Positions 11,029 through 21,279 of a DNA stretch of 64,000 bases are shown in pieces. The position numbers were made by a program, and so were the translations under genes. The notes under the pieces were generated by a model, which saw only the letters and a program-made list of their open reading frames with translations, did not search any database and was not told the DNA's origin. Numbering within the stretch: the first letter of the stretch is position 1; each line of letters begins with the position of its first letter. Source of the stretch: Tagaea sp. (GTDB lineage Bacteria; Pseudomonadota; Alphaproteobacteria; CACIAM-22H2); contig CBDIIB010000005.1 of NCBI GenBank assembly GCA_965279525.1, positions 1,280,001-1,344,000 of the forward strand, in the 5' to 3' direction.

Positions 11029-11910
11029 TCAGTCCTGTTTGGCCGCGACGACGCCGCGGCGGATCCGGCGGGCCTTGGTGAACAGGCGTTCGAGCGTATC
11101 GCCCTCATCGTGGCGGATCGCCTTCTGCATCAGCGCGATGTCCTCGTAGAGGCGGCCGAGCATTTCGAGCACCGCGTCCTTGTTGGCGAGGAAGATGTCG
11201 CGCCACATCACCGGGTGGGACGCCGCCACGCGCGTGAAATCGCGAAAGCCGGAGGCGGAGTAGCGGATCACCTCGGTGCGCAGCGTCGTTTCGAGATCGC
11301 TTGCGGTATTGACGATCGTGTAGGCGATCAGGTGAGGCACATGGCTGGTGATCGCCAGCACGCGATCATGGTGCTGCGGCGTCATGCGCGTCATGCGGCT
11401 GCCCATGCGTCTCCACAGCGCATCGACCTTCGCCGATGCCGCCTTGGGCGTGCGCGGCAGGGGTGTCACGATGCACCAGCGGCCGGCGAAAAGCTCCGCA
11501 AAGCCCGACTCGGGGCCGGAGTTCTCGGTGCCCGCGATCGGGTGGGCGGGCACCAAATGCACGTCCTTGCGCAAGTACGGAGCGAGATCGACGATCGCCG
11601 CGCGCTTGACCGAGCCCGCATCGGTCAGGATGGCCCCCGACTTCATCTTCGGCCCGATCGCGCGCGCGATGCGTGCGTAGGCCGACATCGGCGTGCAGAT
11701 CATCACGACATCCGCACCCGCCACCGCTTCGGCGGGACTGGCCACGACGCTGTCGGCAAGACCGAGACGCTTGATCGTGCGTCGCGCGGCAGCACTCGCG
11801 TCGCATGCGACGATGCGGCGGGCCGCACCGGTCTTGCGCGCGGCGCGCGCGACCGACGAGCCGATCAGCCCGAAGCCGATGATGGCGAGCGTGTTGACGA
11901 CGGGCTTCAC
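11029..11910 (-). CDS. tyrA: prephenate/arogenate (cyclohexadienyl) dehydrogenase
   Basis: IIGFGLIGSS Rossmann motif, HPIAGTENSG, SHVPHLIAY, GFRDFTR; GTG start overlaps hisC stop. Confidence 0.93.
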   Translation of the reverse strand: MKPVVNTLAIIGFGLIGSSVARAARKTGAARRIVACDASAAARRTIKRLGLADSVVASPAEAVAGADVVMICTPMSAYARIARAIGPKMKSGAILTDAGSVKRAAIVDLAPYLRKDVHLVPAHPIAGTENSGPESGFAELFAGRWCIVTPLPRTPKAASAKVDALWRRMGSRMTRMTPQHHDRVLAITSHVPHLIAYTIVNTASDLETTLRTEVIRYSASGFRDFTRVAASHPVMWRDIFLANKDAVLEMLGRLYEDIALMQKAIRHDEGDTLERLFTKARRIRRGVVAAKQD

Positions 11911-12995
11911 TTGAGGAACTCCGCGAGGGCGACGACGACGGCCTTCATCTCGTCTTCCGTCCCGATCGTCACGCGCAGATGGTCCGGCAGGCCGTAATTG
12001 GCAACCGCGCGCGGAATGATCGCGCGGCTCATCAGGAACTCGTTGGCCGCCGCCGCCGTGTGGCGGCCGGTCGCGGGAAATTCGACCATCACGAAGTTCC
12101 CGACCGACGGCAGCGTCTTCAGGCCGAGCTTCGCGACCTCGTCCGCGAACCAGGGCAGCAGGCGGTCGTTGTGCGCGCGGCACTTGTCCTGGAAAGCAAG
12201 GTCTTCGAGTGCCGCGATGCCCGCGGCCTGGGCCGGTGCGGCGACATTGAACGGCCCGCGCACGCGATTGAGGACGTCGACGATCTTCGCCGGCGCATAA
12301 GCCCAGCCAAGCCGCATGCCGCCCAGCGCGAAGATCTTCGAGAAGGTGCGCAGCATGACCGTGTTCTCGCCGGCATCGACCAGTTCGGTGCCGTCGGTGT
12401 AGTCGTTACGGCTGACATATTCGGCATAGGCCGCATCGACGATCAGCAGCACGTGCGGCGGCAGGCCGTCGCGCAGCCGCTTGAGCTCGGTGCCGGTGAC
12501 GTAGGAGCCGGTCGGATTGTTCGGGTTGGCGACGAAGCAGATCTTCGTCTTCGGCCCTGCCTTGGCGATCAGCGCGTCGATGTCGGTGCGATAGCCTTTT
12601 TCGGCCGCCTGCACGGGCACGGCACCCGCACTGTGCGCGGCGATCGGGTACATGACGAAGCCGTACTGGCTGTAGAGCACCTCGTCGCCGGGCCCGGCAT
12701 AGGACTTGACCAGCAGGGCGATCAGCTCGTCCGAGCCGGCACCGCACACGATGCGCTCGGGATCGAGCGAGAAGCGCTTGCCGATCGCCGCGCGCAGGGC
12801 CGACGCGTTGCCGTCGGGATAGCGGTGCATCTCGCCGGCCGCGCGCGTGGCTGCCTCGATCGCCTTGGGCGAGGGGCCGAGCGCGCCTTCGTTCGACGAC
12901 AGCTTGATCGGCTTTTTCCCGCCGGGCACGGCCGACTTGCCGCCGACATAGGGCGAGATTTCGAGGATGCCGGGCTTGGGCACGGGCGACGTCAT
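11907..12995 (-). CDS. hisC: histidinol-phosphate aminotransferase
   Basis: KLSSNE, ANPNNPTG, DAAYAEY, RTFSKIFALGGMRLGW PLP-lysine motif. Confidence 0.95.
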   Translation of the reverse strand: MTSPVPKPGILEISPYVGGKSAVPGGKKPIKLSSNEGALGPSPKAIEAATRAAGEMHRYPDGNASALRAAIGKRFSLDPERIVCGAGSDELIALLVKSYAGPGDEVLYSQYGFVMYPIAAHSAGAVPVQAAEKGYRTDIDALIAKAGPKTKICFVANPNNPTGSYVTGTELKRLRDGLPPHVLLIVDAAYAEYVSRNDYTDGTELVDAGENTVMLRTFSKIFALGGMRLGWAYAPAKIVDVLNRVRGPFNVAAPAQAAGIAALEDLAFQDKCRAHNDRLLPWFADEVAKLGLKTLPSVGNFVMVEFPATGRHTAAAANEFLMSRAIIPRAVANYGLPDHLRVTIGTEDEMKAVVVALAEFLK

Positions 12996-13882
12996 CTGGA
13001 GGCTCCCTTGGAACTTGCCGGGCCGCGCCGGGCCGCCTTCTCGGATGCAAGGCCAAGCGGCACGGCGTAGCCGCCGGCGACCTTCACCGAAAGGCCGACA
13101 TCCGACAGTGCCGCGAGCCGCGCGTCGCCGGGTGCGACATAGGCCTCGGTAACGGCAAGGAAGCATTGGCGGCCACCGCGTTCGGTCTCGGCGATCGTGC
13201 CGGCTAGACCGATGCCGGCCAGTGCGAAGGCGCGACCGAGCTTCGCGCGGCTCGTCTCGGTCTCTGCCACGACGATCAGAAGGCCGCGGTCGACGCCGGA
13301 CTCTTCGAACGCCTGCCGGGCGATCACGAGGGCGCCGGGCTGCGTCTCGGTCCCGTCGACCGGCAGGCGGGCGACGACCTGCAGGCCGGTCGGGTCGAGA
13401 TTGCGCCACCAGTCCAGGTCCGGCGCGTCCTCGGGCGTGGGCAACAGGGCAAGCTGGGCGCGGCCGTCGTCGAGACGCGCGAAGACCTGTGCCGGCGAGG
13501 TCGCCGTCAGCAGCGGCGTCGACTGGCCGTAATGCTGGCGGGCCAATGCCATCACCGACGCGTCGGACTCGTTGCGCAGGACGGCGACCGAGAAGGGGCC
13601 CTGCAGGCGCGTGAAGCTCGTCATGATGTCGCGCCAGAGCCGGACGACCAGATCGGCCGGCAGCGGACCTTTGATGCGGGCCGTCAGGCGGCGCAGGATC
13701 GTGAGCTCGCGCCCCGGCCGCGCAAGACGCAGGTCGGAGCCGCCTTCGGCAGCTTTTGCGGCGCGCACGTCGTCCATCGCGCGCGCGCGCTCGGCCAGCA
13801 GGTCGAGCAGGCGGTCGTCGATCGAATCGAGGCGCCGCCGCAGATCGGCAAGCGCCTGGCTGGATTGGGACGTCTGGGCCAT
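12992..13882 (-). CDS. chorismate mutase with C-terminal prephenate-dehydratase-like region
   Basis: [22 protein letters not shown] AroQ motif, RPGRE; upstream of hisC-tyrA; alternative start 13897. Confidence 0.85.
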   Translation of the reverse strand: MAQTSQSSQALADLRRRLDSIDDRLLDLLAERARAMDDVRAAKAAEGGSDLRLARPGRELTILRRLTARIKGPLPADLVVRLWRDIMTSFTRLQGPFSVAVLRNESDASVMALARQHYGQSTPLLTATSPAQVFARLDDGRAQLALLPTPEDAPDLDWWRNLDPTGLQVVARLPVDGTETQPGALVIARQAFEESGVDRGLLIVVAETETSRAKLGRAFALAGIGLAGTIAETERGGRQCFLAVTEAYVAPGDARLAALSDVGLSVKVAGGYAVPLGLASEKAARRGPASSKGASR

Positions 13883-13958
13883 CGGGTTGGCAGGCATAGC
13901 GCAGCGCGCGCCGCCCGCGCAATGGCCGTCGAGACCCGCCGGGGCCAAAAGGCGGCGC

Positions 13959-13987
13959 TTGAAACCGTCCCGGGCTTGGCCCATGTT
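13959..13987 (+). promoter_or_regulatory. candidate sigma70 promoter for metX
   Basis: TTGAAA-17 nt-CATGTT; favours the GTG start at 14022. Confidence 0.45.
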
Positions 13988-14021
13988 TCGCCGCAACTTG
14001 GACCCGTTCCAGATCGAGCCC

Positions 14022-15197
14022 GTGAGCGCAAATCCCCGCATTGCGGCGGTCGACACGACCGCGCCGGATTTTCCCGGCAGACGCTTCGAAATCCCCGCGG
14101 CGAACCCGCTGCGGCTGGATTCGGGCGTCGAGCTGGGGCCCGTGACGGTCGCCTACCAGAGCTACGGCACGCTCAATGCCGACCGCTCGAACGCGGTTCT
14201 CGTCTGCCACGCGCTGACCGGCGACCAGTTCGTCGCCGACACCCACCCGATCACCGGCAAGCCGGGCTGGTGGGAGACGCTGGTGGGCCCCGGCAAGCTG
14301 CTCGACACCGAGCGCTATTTCATCGTGTGCGCCAACGTGCTGGGCGGCTGCATGGGTTCGACCGGCCCCAAGGACGTCAACCCGGCGAGCGGCAAGCCCT
14401 GGGGACTCGATTTCCCGGTCATCACGATCGGCGACATGGTCAAGGCGCAGGCGCGCCTGATCGACCATCTGGGCATCGAGAAGCTGTTCTGCGTGATCGG
14501 CGGCTCGATGGGCGGCATGCAGGTGCTCGAATGGGTCTCGGCCTATCCCGAGCGCGTGTTCGCGGCCGTCCCCGTCGCCACGTCCTATCGCCACTCGGCG
14601 CAGAACATCGCGTTCAACGAGGTCGGCCGGCAGGCGATCATGGCCGATCCGGACTGGCGCGACGGGGCCTACCAGCCCGCCGGCGTCATGCCCAACCGCG
14701 GACTCGCCGTCGCACGGATGGCGGCGCACATCACCTATCTTTCCGAAACGGCGCTGCATCGCAAGTTCGGCCGCCGGCTGCAGAACCGCGCGCAGCTCTC
14801 CTACGGCTTCGATGCCGACTTCCAGGTCGAAAGCTACCTGCGCCACCAGGGCTCGACCTTCGTCGACCGGTTCGACGCCAACTCGTATCTCTACATCACG
14901 CGCGCGATGGATTATTTCGACCTGCAGGCCGAGCATGGCGGCTCGCTTGCCGAAGCCTTCACCGGAACCAAGACGCGTATCTGCGTGGTCAGCTTCACGT
15001 CCGACTGGCTGTTCCCGACCTCGGAGAGCCGGGCACTCGTGCATGCGCTCAACGCCGCGGCCGCCAACGTGTCGTTCGTCGAGATCGTGTCGGACAAGGG
15101 CCACGACGCCTTCCTGCTCGACGAGCCGGAATTCCACGCCGTGCTCGGCGGCTTCCTCAACGGGGCGGCCGAACATCGCGGCCTGAAGTTCCGATGA
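14022..15197 (+). CDS. metX: homoserine O-acyltransferase
   Basis: [34 protein letters not shown]; alternative ATG 13983. Confidence 0.95.
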   Translation: MSANPRIAAVDTTAPDFPGRRFEIPAANPLRLDSGVELGPVTVAYQSYGTLNADRSNAVLVCHALTGDQFVADTHPITGKPGWWETLVGPGKLLDTERYFIVCANVLGGCMGSTGPKDVNPASGKPWGLDFPVITIGDMVKAQARLIDHLGIEKLFCVIGGSMGGMQVLEWVSAYPERVFAAVPVATSYRHSAQNIAFNEVGRQAIMADPDWRDGAYQPAGVMPNRGLAVARMAAHITYLSETALHRKFGRRLQNRAQLSYGFDADFQVESYLRHQGSTFVDRFDANSYLYITRAMDYFDLQAEHGGSLAEAFTGTKTRICVVSFTSDWLFPTSESRALVHALNAAAANVSFVEIVSDKGHDAFLLDEPEFHAVLGGFLNGAAEHRGLKFR

Positions 15198-15850
15198 GCG
15201 ATCCTTCGGCTCCGCCGGCGGCGGCCCAGGGCCGGCCGCGCTCGGCCATCCGCGTCGATCTCCAGGCGATCGCCGAGATGATTGAGCCGGGTACCCGCGT
15301 GCTCGACATCGGCTGCGGCGACGGCGCCCTGCTCGATTATCTGGCGCACGAGAAGAACGTCGACGCGCGCGGCATCGAGATCAGCCAGGCGGGCGTCAAC
15401 GCATGCGTGGCGCAGGGACTGTCGGTCATCCAGGGCGATGCCGACACCGACCTCAAGGACTATCCGACCGGCGGCTTCGACTACGCGATCCTATCGCAGA
15501 CGCTGCAGGCGACTTGGGATCCAAAGGCCGTGCTCGGCCAGCTCGTGCGCATCGCGCGCCGGGCGGTCGTCTCGTTCCCGAATTTCGGCGTGTGGCACGT
15601 GCGCGTGCGCCTGCTCGTGAGCGGGCGCATGCCGGTGACCGATTCGCTGAGTGCGGCCTGGTACGAAACGCCCAACATCCACCTGTGCACGATCGACGAT
15701 TTCGTCGAGCTATGCGAAGCACTCGGCGTCACGATCGAGAGTGCCATGGTGCTGGATGCGGCCGGCCGGCCCAAGGGGCTGCGCGCCCCGGGCCGGCTTG
15801 CCAACCTGCTCGGCGAGCAGGGCCTGTTCGTGCTGAAGCGCGAAGGCTGA
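15194..15850 (+). CDS. metW: methionine biosynthesis protein MetW
   Basis: [35 protein letters not shown]; coupled to metX. Confidence 0.95.
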   Translation: MSDPSAPPAAAQGRPRSAIRVDLQAIAEMIEPGTRVLDIGCGDGALLDYLAHEKNVDARGIEISQAGVNACVAQGLSVIQGDADTDLKDYPTGGFDYAILSQTLQATWDPKAVLGQLVRIARRAVVSFPNFGVWHVRVRLLVSGRMPVTDSLSAAWYETPNIHLCTIDDFVELCEALGVTIESAMVLDAAGRPKGLRAPGRLANLLGEQGLFVLKREG

Positions 15851-15861
15851 ACGCGGGGCCG

Positions 15862-17550
15862 CTAGGCCGCCGCGACATCGCCAAGGAACCCGTCGATGCG
15901 CTTGCGCAGCGCGCTTGCTTCGCCCGAAAGCGTCCCGGCGGCCTCGCGCACGCTGCCCGCGACCCGCCCGCTCTGATCGGCGGCCGCGTTGACGCCGACG
16001 ATGTTCGACGACACTTCCTGCGTGCCGGCCGACGCCTGCTGGACGTTGCGCGAGATCTCCTGCGTGGCGGCCGCCTGTTCCTCGATGGCCGCCGCGATCG
16101 CCGCGGTGATCTGGTCGATCTCCCGGATGGTGCCGCCGATCGATTCGATCGCCTGGACCGAAGCGCCCGTCTCGGACTGGATCTCGGCGATCTGCTGGCT
16201 GATTTCCTCGGTCGCCTTGGCCGTCTGGTTGGCGAGACTCTTCACTTCCGAAGCGACGACGGCAAAGCCCTTGCCCGCATCGCCCGCGCGCGCGGCCTCG
16301 ATCGTCGCGTTGAGGGCGAGCAGGTTCGTCTGGCTCGCGATGTCGCTGATCAGTTTGACGACGGCACCGATGCGCTGGGCGGCTTCGGCCAGGCCCTGGA
16401 CCTTCGTGTTGGCGAGCGTCGACTGGTCGACCGCCCGGCGTGCGATCTCGGAGGACGAGCTCACCTGCGAGGAGATCTCGCGGATCGACGACGTCAGCTC
16501 TTCGGTCGCCGAGGCCACCGTCTGGACGTTCGTGGACGCCTCTTCCGAGGCCGCCGCGACGGCATTGGCCTGGCGCGCGGTCTCTTCGGCCGTCGTGCTC
16601 ATCGTCGTCGCGGATTCGTTGAGGCCCTCGACCGAGGTGCCCACGGCGGCGAGGCGCTGCGTGACGTCGGTGTTGAACTGGCTGATGAGCTCCATCATGA
16701 GGCGCGCGCGCTTCTCGCGTGCGGCGACGTCGGCACGTTCCTTTTCCTGGGCGTCGCGCTGCGCGATCAGGCCGGCCTTGAAGACTTCGAGCGTCTTCGC
16801 GATGCGGCCGACTTCGTCCTTGCGATCGGCACCTTCGGCGACGATGTCGGTGTCGCCCGCGGCGAGCTTCTCGATCGTGGCGCCAAGCTTCACGAGCGGG
16901 CCGGCGATCAGGCGGTGGGCGACGAGGAGGGCGACGGCAAGTCCGATCGCGATGGCGGCGAGCGATCCGCCGACCAGCAGGGGCAGGCGCGTCGAATAGA
17001 AGGCATGCAGTTCCTGATCGAGGCGCGCGATCTCGGCCTGGTCGCTGGCGGCGACCTGCTGGATGAAGGCGTTGAGCTGCTGGCGGTTCGAGCGGTTGGC
17101 GTCGTTGTCGCCGAACTCGCGGCCCTTGGCAGGGCTCACTTCGCGGCCGAGCCGGGCAAGTTCGGTGCGGAACTCGACGAAGCGCTTGGTTTCGGCCTGC
17201 GCCTTGGCGAAAGTTTCGCGCTGTTCGGGCTTCACCGCGGCGGCCCACTTGGCCATCTCGGCATCGAGCTGCTTGAGCCAGGCGAGGATACCGTTGCCGT
17301 AGCGGGTCGCTTCTTCCGTCGACAGCGACATGTAGACGCCGCGCGAGTCCATCACGACCGCGTTGATCAGGCCGTTGACCTTTTCGGCACTCGTCGAGCG
17401 GCGCGAAGCCGAGACCGTCGCGTCGTTGAAGGCGTTGTAGGAGCGCATCGTGTCGATGGCGAAAATCGTGATCCCGAGGCTGACCAGCGCCATGAAGCTC
17501 GCGACGACTGCGATCTTTGCGGAGATGCGCAGATTGATGAACGAATTCAT
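15862..17550 (-). CDS. methyl-accepting chemotaxis protein
   Basis: Two TM segments around a helical sensor, HAMP (RKDEVGRIA), [34 protein letters not shown]. Confidence 0.95.
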   Translation of the reverse strand: MNSFINLRISAKIAVVASFMALVSLGITIFAIDTMRSYNAFNDATVSASRRSTSAEKVNGLINAVVMDSRGVYMSLSTEEATRYGNGILAWLKQLDAEMAKWAAAVKPEQRETFAKAQAETKRFVEFRTELARLGREVSPAKGREFGDNDANRSNRQQLNAFIQQVAASDQAEIARLDQELHAFYSTRLPLLVGGSLAAIAIGLAVALLVAHRLIAGPLVKLGATIEKLAAGDTDIVAEGADRKDEVGRIAKTLEVFKAGLIAQRDAQEKERADVAAREKRARLMMELISQFNTDVTQRLAAVGTSVEGLNESATTMSTTAEETARQANAVAAASEEASTNVQTVASATEELTSSIREISSQVSSSSEIARRAVDQSTLANTKVQGLAEAAQRIGAVVKLISDIASQTNLLALNATIEAARAGDAGKGFAVVASEVKSLANQTAKATEEISQQIAEIQSETGASVQAIESIGGTIREIDQITAAIAAAIEEQAAATQEISRNVQQASAGTQEVSSNIVGVNAAADQSGRVAGSVREAAGTLSGEASALRKRIDGFLGDVAAA

Positions 17551-17644
17551 GGAGCTTTCCTCGATCATGCCGGCCGTTTGATCGCCTGGGGCGGGGGGTG
17601 GCGTGCCAGCGTCGCCGTCTGCAGTCCAACATGCGTCAACGTGC

Positions 17645-17659
17645 ATAATTTTTGGTTAA
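17645..17659 (-). promoter_or_regulatory. CtrA-like box upstream of the MCP gene
   Basis: Minus strand TTAA-CCAAAAA-TTAT, one mismatch to TTAA-N7-TTAA. Confidence 0.5.
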
Positions 17660-17664
17660 TCAAC

Positions 17665-17684
17665 CGGTATACGTAAGTATACCG
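17665..17684. promoter_or_regulatory. perfect palindrome, putative TF operator
   Basis: CGGTATAC-gtaa-GTATACCG between the divergent MCP and DMT genes. Confidence 0.55.
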
Positions 17685-17736
17685 TCGCCCCGTACCACCG
17701 GCTTGCATCGTGCAAACAACGGCTTAAGGTGCGCGC

Positions 17737-18636
17737 ATGCAGGACTGGTTCTGGCTCTGGATACCCGCCACGCTGCTGGCGGCCGCCGCGCAGACCGCGC
17801 GCAACGCCATGCAGCGGCATCTGACCGAGGCGCTCGGCACCGTCGGTGCCACGCATGTGCGGTTCCTCTACGGCTTTCCCTTCGCCGTCGCGCTGTTCGC
17901 GGCGGGATGCGCTGCCGCCGGCCATCTGCCGCCGATGCCGGATGCCGATTCCGCCGGGTGGATCGCGACAGGCGCGCTCACGCAGGTCCTGGCGACGGCG
18001 TCGATGCTGGCGGCGATGCGCACGCAGTCTTTCGCGCTGGCGGTCGCCTATACGAAGACCGAGCCGGTCCAGGTCGCGATCTTCGCGATGATCGTGCTGG
18101 CAGAACCGGTCACGCCCGCCAGTGCCGTCGCGATCCTGCTTGCCTGCAGTGGCGTCATCGCGATGTCGGGGAATCCGTGGCGCAAGGGCGGACACGACTG
18201 GCGGGCGACGGCACTGGGGATCCTGTCGGGGGGCCTGTTCGCGCTTTCGGCGGTCTTCTATCGCGGCGGCATCCTGAAGCTCGGCGAACCGCTGTTCTGG
18301 CTTGCCGCACTTACGGCACTTGTCCTGGCACTCGGCCTGCAGGCCGCGACGCTGACCGCCTATCTCGTCGTCACCGACCGGCCGGCGCTCAGGCGCGTGA
18401 TCGCCGCGTGGCGGCCATCGCTGTTTGCCGGCGCCATGGGTGCCTTCGCCTCTGCCGGATGGTTCACGGCGTTCTCGCTCGCCACGGCGGCAGCGGTGCG
18501 CACGCTCGGGCTGATCGAGGTGCTGTTCTCGTTCGCGGTGGGGCGGCGGCTGTTCAAGCAGACGGTCAAGCCGAACGAGATCGCGGGGCTGGCACTCGTG
18601 CTTGCCGGCGTGGCGATCCTGATCGTCAGCGCGTAG
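17737..18636 (+). CDS. EamA/DMT-family transporter
   Basis: About 10 hydrophobic segments in two repeats; QTARNAMQR, YTKTEP motifs. Confidence 0.85.
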   Translation: MQDWFWLWIPATLLAAAAQTARNAMQRHLTEALGTVGATHVRFLYGFPFAVALFAAGCAAAGHLPPMPDADSAGWIATGALTQVLATASMLAAMRTQSFALAVAYTKTEPVQVAIFAMIVLAEPVTPASAVAILLACSGVIAMSGNPWRKGGHDWRATALGILSGGLFALSAVFYRGGILKLGEPLFWLAALTALVLALGLQAATLTAYLVVTDRPALRRVIAAWRPSLFAGAMGAFASAGWFTAFSLATAAAVRTLGLIEVLFSFAVGRRLFKQTVKPNEIAGLALVLAGVAILIVSA

Positions 18637-20371
18637 CGGCGGCGGGCACGGCAATCGGCTGCATGCCGTCGCGCAGCTTCTTCTCGATCTCGACCTTGAG
18701 CTCGGGCTCCGGCTTGTTGCGCAACGCACGGTGCCACTGGAACTCCGCCTCGAGCTGCCGACCCACGCGCCACAGCGCATCGCCCAGATGATCGAGGATG
18801 ACGGCATCCTCCGGCAGGAGTTCGACCGCGCGCTCGAGCAGCGGAACCGCTTCTTCGAAGCGCCCGAGCCGGAAAAAGGCCCAACCCAGCGAGTCGACGA
18901 TCTGGCCGGAATTCGGCCGCTGCTCCACGGCGCGACGCAGCATCCGCTCGGCTTCGGCGATGTTCTGGCCCTTGTCGACCCATGTGTAGGCCAGGTAGTT
19001 CAGCACGTCGGGCTGGTCGGGCTGGAGTTCGAGCGCACGCTTGAAGTGGCGTTCGGCCGCCGGCCAGTTCTTGGCGCGCTCGAAGGCGATGCCGCGCATA
19101 TAGAACAGCGTCCAGTGCCGCGGCTCGGGTGCGCCCAGGCGCTCGATCGCGCGCCCGTAGGCCGCCGCCGCTTCGGCGAAGCGCTCTTTCTCGCGCAGCA
19201 CGCTGCCCATCGTCATCAGCGGTTCGATCCGGTCCGGCCGGTCCGTGGCCAGCCGTTCGAGGGCGCGCACGGCACCGTTCGTCTCGCCGGTCTCGTGCAG
19301 GTTCTCGGCGATGCGAAGGCGTGCGGCAAAGCCGTGAATCGACGCCGGATCGACCCGGGCATAGAGCTTGTCGGCCTCCGCGCGCTGGCCGAGCTGGTCG
19401 AGAATATCCGCGACGATCGACAGCGTCGCCGGATCGTCGGGCTTCAGATAGAGCGCCAGGCGTCCGTAGCCGAGTGCGAGGACCACCGTGTTGTCCTGGC
19501 GGAACGCCGCAGCGAGGTTGGCCAGCGCTTCGCTGGCACCCGCAACCGGCGTCGAAGCCGGAATCGGGGGCGGGGCGATGGGCGGCCCGCCGGCAAGCGT
19601 GCGCAGCAGGCCTTGGCGGATCACCGGCGATTCCGGGTTCTGCGGGCGGAAGCGCAGATAGAGTGCCCGCGCCTCCGGTGCCCGGCCGCGGCGCTCGAGA
19701 AACCCGCCGAACGCCTCGATCAGGCGCGGCGGCGCCCCGCCGTCGCCTTCGAGCGCGCGCCGGTATGCTTCCTCGGCATCGGCGAAGCGGCCGGCAAGCT
19801 CGTTGATCAGGCCGACATGATAGTCGTGCAGCGAGCGGAACCCCTGCACTTCCTGAACGGGGCGCAGTGCGATGACCGCGGCGGCGGGGCGGTCGAGCGC
19901 CATCTCGATCCAGCCGAGCATCAGCGGGTGGACGATCCGGTTGATGCCCTGGATCGGGAGCGCCATCAGACGCGCGCGCGCGACATCGTTGAGCCCGGCC
20001 TTGAGTTCGGCGACCGCCAGCGTCAGGTGGGCGGGCGCGAAGCCCGCGTTCACGCGCACGATGCGCCGGGCCAGTGCCGCGGCTTCGTCGACGCGGCCGG
20101 CCTCGATCAGGCTCGAATGCGCGCGCAGCATGAAGTCGAGGCTGTCCGGCTCGGCTTCGAGCGCCCGGGCGCTGTATTCCGCGGCGGCGGCGACGTCCCG
20201 CTGGCGCTGGGCGTGAAGTGCCGCAAGGAAACTGCCCGACGCGGTCGGGGCCGTGCTGTCGCCCGTTTCGGCCGGCAGGGCCTGATTCGCGGGCGGGGAG
20301 GCGCAGCCACCCAGCAAGGCCACCGCCAGTGCCGCGGCCGCTAGGGTACCGATCGCCGACCGTTGTGACAT
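18626..20371 (-). CDS. tetratricopeptide-repeat lipoprotein
   Basis: LLGGC lipobox; TPRs such as VLNYLAYTW, IVDSLGWAFFRLG, ILDHLGDALWRVGR. Confidence 0.88.
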   Translation of the reverse strand: MSQRSAIGTLAAAALAVALLGGCASPPANQALPAETGDSTAPTASGSFLAALHAQRQRDVAAAAEYSARALEAEPDSLDFMLRAHSSLIEAGRVDEAAALARRIVRVNAGFAPAHLTLAVAELKAGLNDVARARLMALPIQGINRIVHPLMLGWIEMALDRPAAAVIALRPVQEVQGFRSLHDYHVGLINELAGRFADAEEAYRRALEGDGGAPPRLIEAFGGFLERRGRAPEARALYLRFRPQNPESPVIRQGLLRTLAGGPPIAPPPIPASTPVAGASEALANLAAAFRQDNTVVLALGYGRLALYLKPDDPATLSIVADILDQLGQRAEADKLYARVDPASIHGFAARLRIAENLHETGETNGAVRALERLATDRPDRIEPLMTMGSVLREKERFAEAAAAYGRAIERLGAPEPRHWTLFYMRGIAFERAKNWPAAERHFKRALELQPDQPDVLNYLAYTWVDKGQNIAEAERMLRRAVEQRPNSGQIVDSLGWAFFRLGRFEEAVPLLERAVELLPEDAVILDHLGDALWRVGRQLEAEFQWHRALRNKPEPELKVEIEKKLRDGMQPIAVPAAATR

Positions 20372-20561
20372 ATGCGTTGCGTATCCATCTGGCACCGCAC
20401 GCAAAGCGCGCGCAGGCGACTCGAACGACAGGACCTGAACTTAGCCCAGTGTCGACGGGCTTCCAATGGCCGTCGCAGCGCATCGGGGGCGGTTTGTACG
20501 GCTTCGGTGCAGGCCGAATTCACTCAAAAAAACCAAAAGGTTGACCGGATGTCTTCAAAGC

Positions 20562-20589
20562 TTGATTCGAACGCAGAAAAGCGTATATT
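20562..20589 (+). promoter_or_regulatory. sigma70 promoter of the rimP-nusA-infB operon
   Basis: TTGATT-16 nt-TATATT with A-rich upstream element. Confidence 0.6.
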
Positions 20590-20610
20590 CCCGCCCGTCA
20601 TAACTCCCGA

Positions 20611-20668
20611 GGTTTGGCTCGGGCATCAATAGGAAGTGCGCCCAAACCGGCGCACTTTTTTATTGCCC
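20611..20668 (+). terminator. rimP leader terminator/attenuator hairpin
   Basis: AAGTGCGCC-caaacc-GGCGCACTT followed by a T run, within the rimP 5' leader. Confidence 0.75.
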
Positions 20669-20742
20669 GCCCGGCTGTGCCGCGGGCGTCCGCGAAACTT
20701 CAACCTCCACGCAACGACAACCGCAGAGTCCGCACGAAGACC

Positions 20743-21249
20743 ATGGAACGCGCGCGCGCCTTGGAAGACATCGTCAGCCCGACCATCGACGGTCTCGGCT
20801 ACGAGCTGGTGCGCGTGGTCGTGACGGGCCGCGACCGGCCGACCCTGCAGATCATGGCGGAGCGCAAGGACCGCAAGGCGATGCGCGTCGAGGATTGCGA
20901 GAACCTGTCGCGCGCGCTGTCGGCCAAGCTCGACGTCGAGGACCCGATCGCCTCGCAGTACGTGCTCGAGGTGAGCTCGCCCGGCATCGACCGCCCGCTC
21001 GTGCGGCCGGTCGATTTCGAGCGCTTCGCCGGGCACGTCGCCAAGGTCGAGACGCGCATCCCCTTCGATGGCCGCAAGCGCTTTTCCGGCCGCCTGATGG
21101 GCGTGGCCGAGGCCCGCGTGCGCATCGACACCAAGGAAGGCCCTGCCGAAGTTCCGCTCGCCGAGATCGCGCGCGCGAAACTTCTGCTGACCGACGAACT
21201 CATTGCCGCGACGAAAGCCGAAGAGAAGGCCGCGGCGACCGCCAACTGA
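20743..21249 (+). CDS. rimP: ribosome maturation factor RimP
   Basis: TLQIMAER, DVEDPI, YVLEVSSPGIDRPL, AKLLLTDEL. Confidence 0.96.
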   Translation: MERARALEDIVSPTIDGLGYELVRVVVTGRDRPTLQIMAERKDRKAMRVEDCENLSRALSAKLDVEDPIASQYVLEVSSPGIDRPLVRPVDFERFAGHVAKVETRIPFDGRKRFSGRLMGVAEARVRIDTKEGPAEVPLAEIARAKLLLTDELIAATKAEEKAAATAN

Positions 21250-21279
21250 CCGAAGACTGAGACCGAGAGAGATCCGATC

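Noticed and set aside
13898-14021. SAM-II riboswitch upstream of metX
   Set aside because: The consensus pseudoknot and GCTAAA tail are absent and the predicted leader is very short
11907-15176. Apparent 1089-aa fusion ending in HisC
   Set aside because: The upstream part is off-frame to chorismate mutase and antisense to metX; hisC has its own ATG at 12995 with a GGGAG SD
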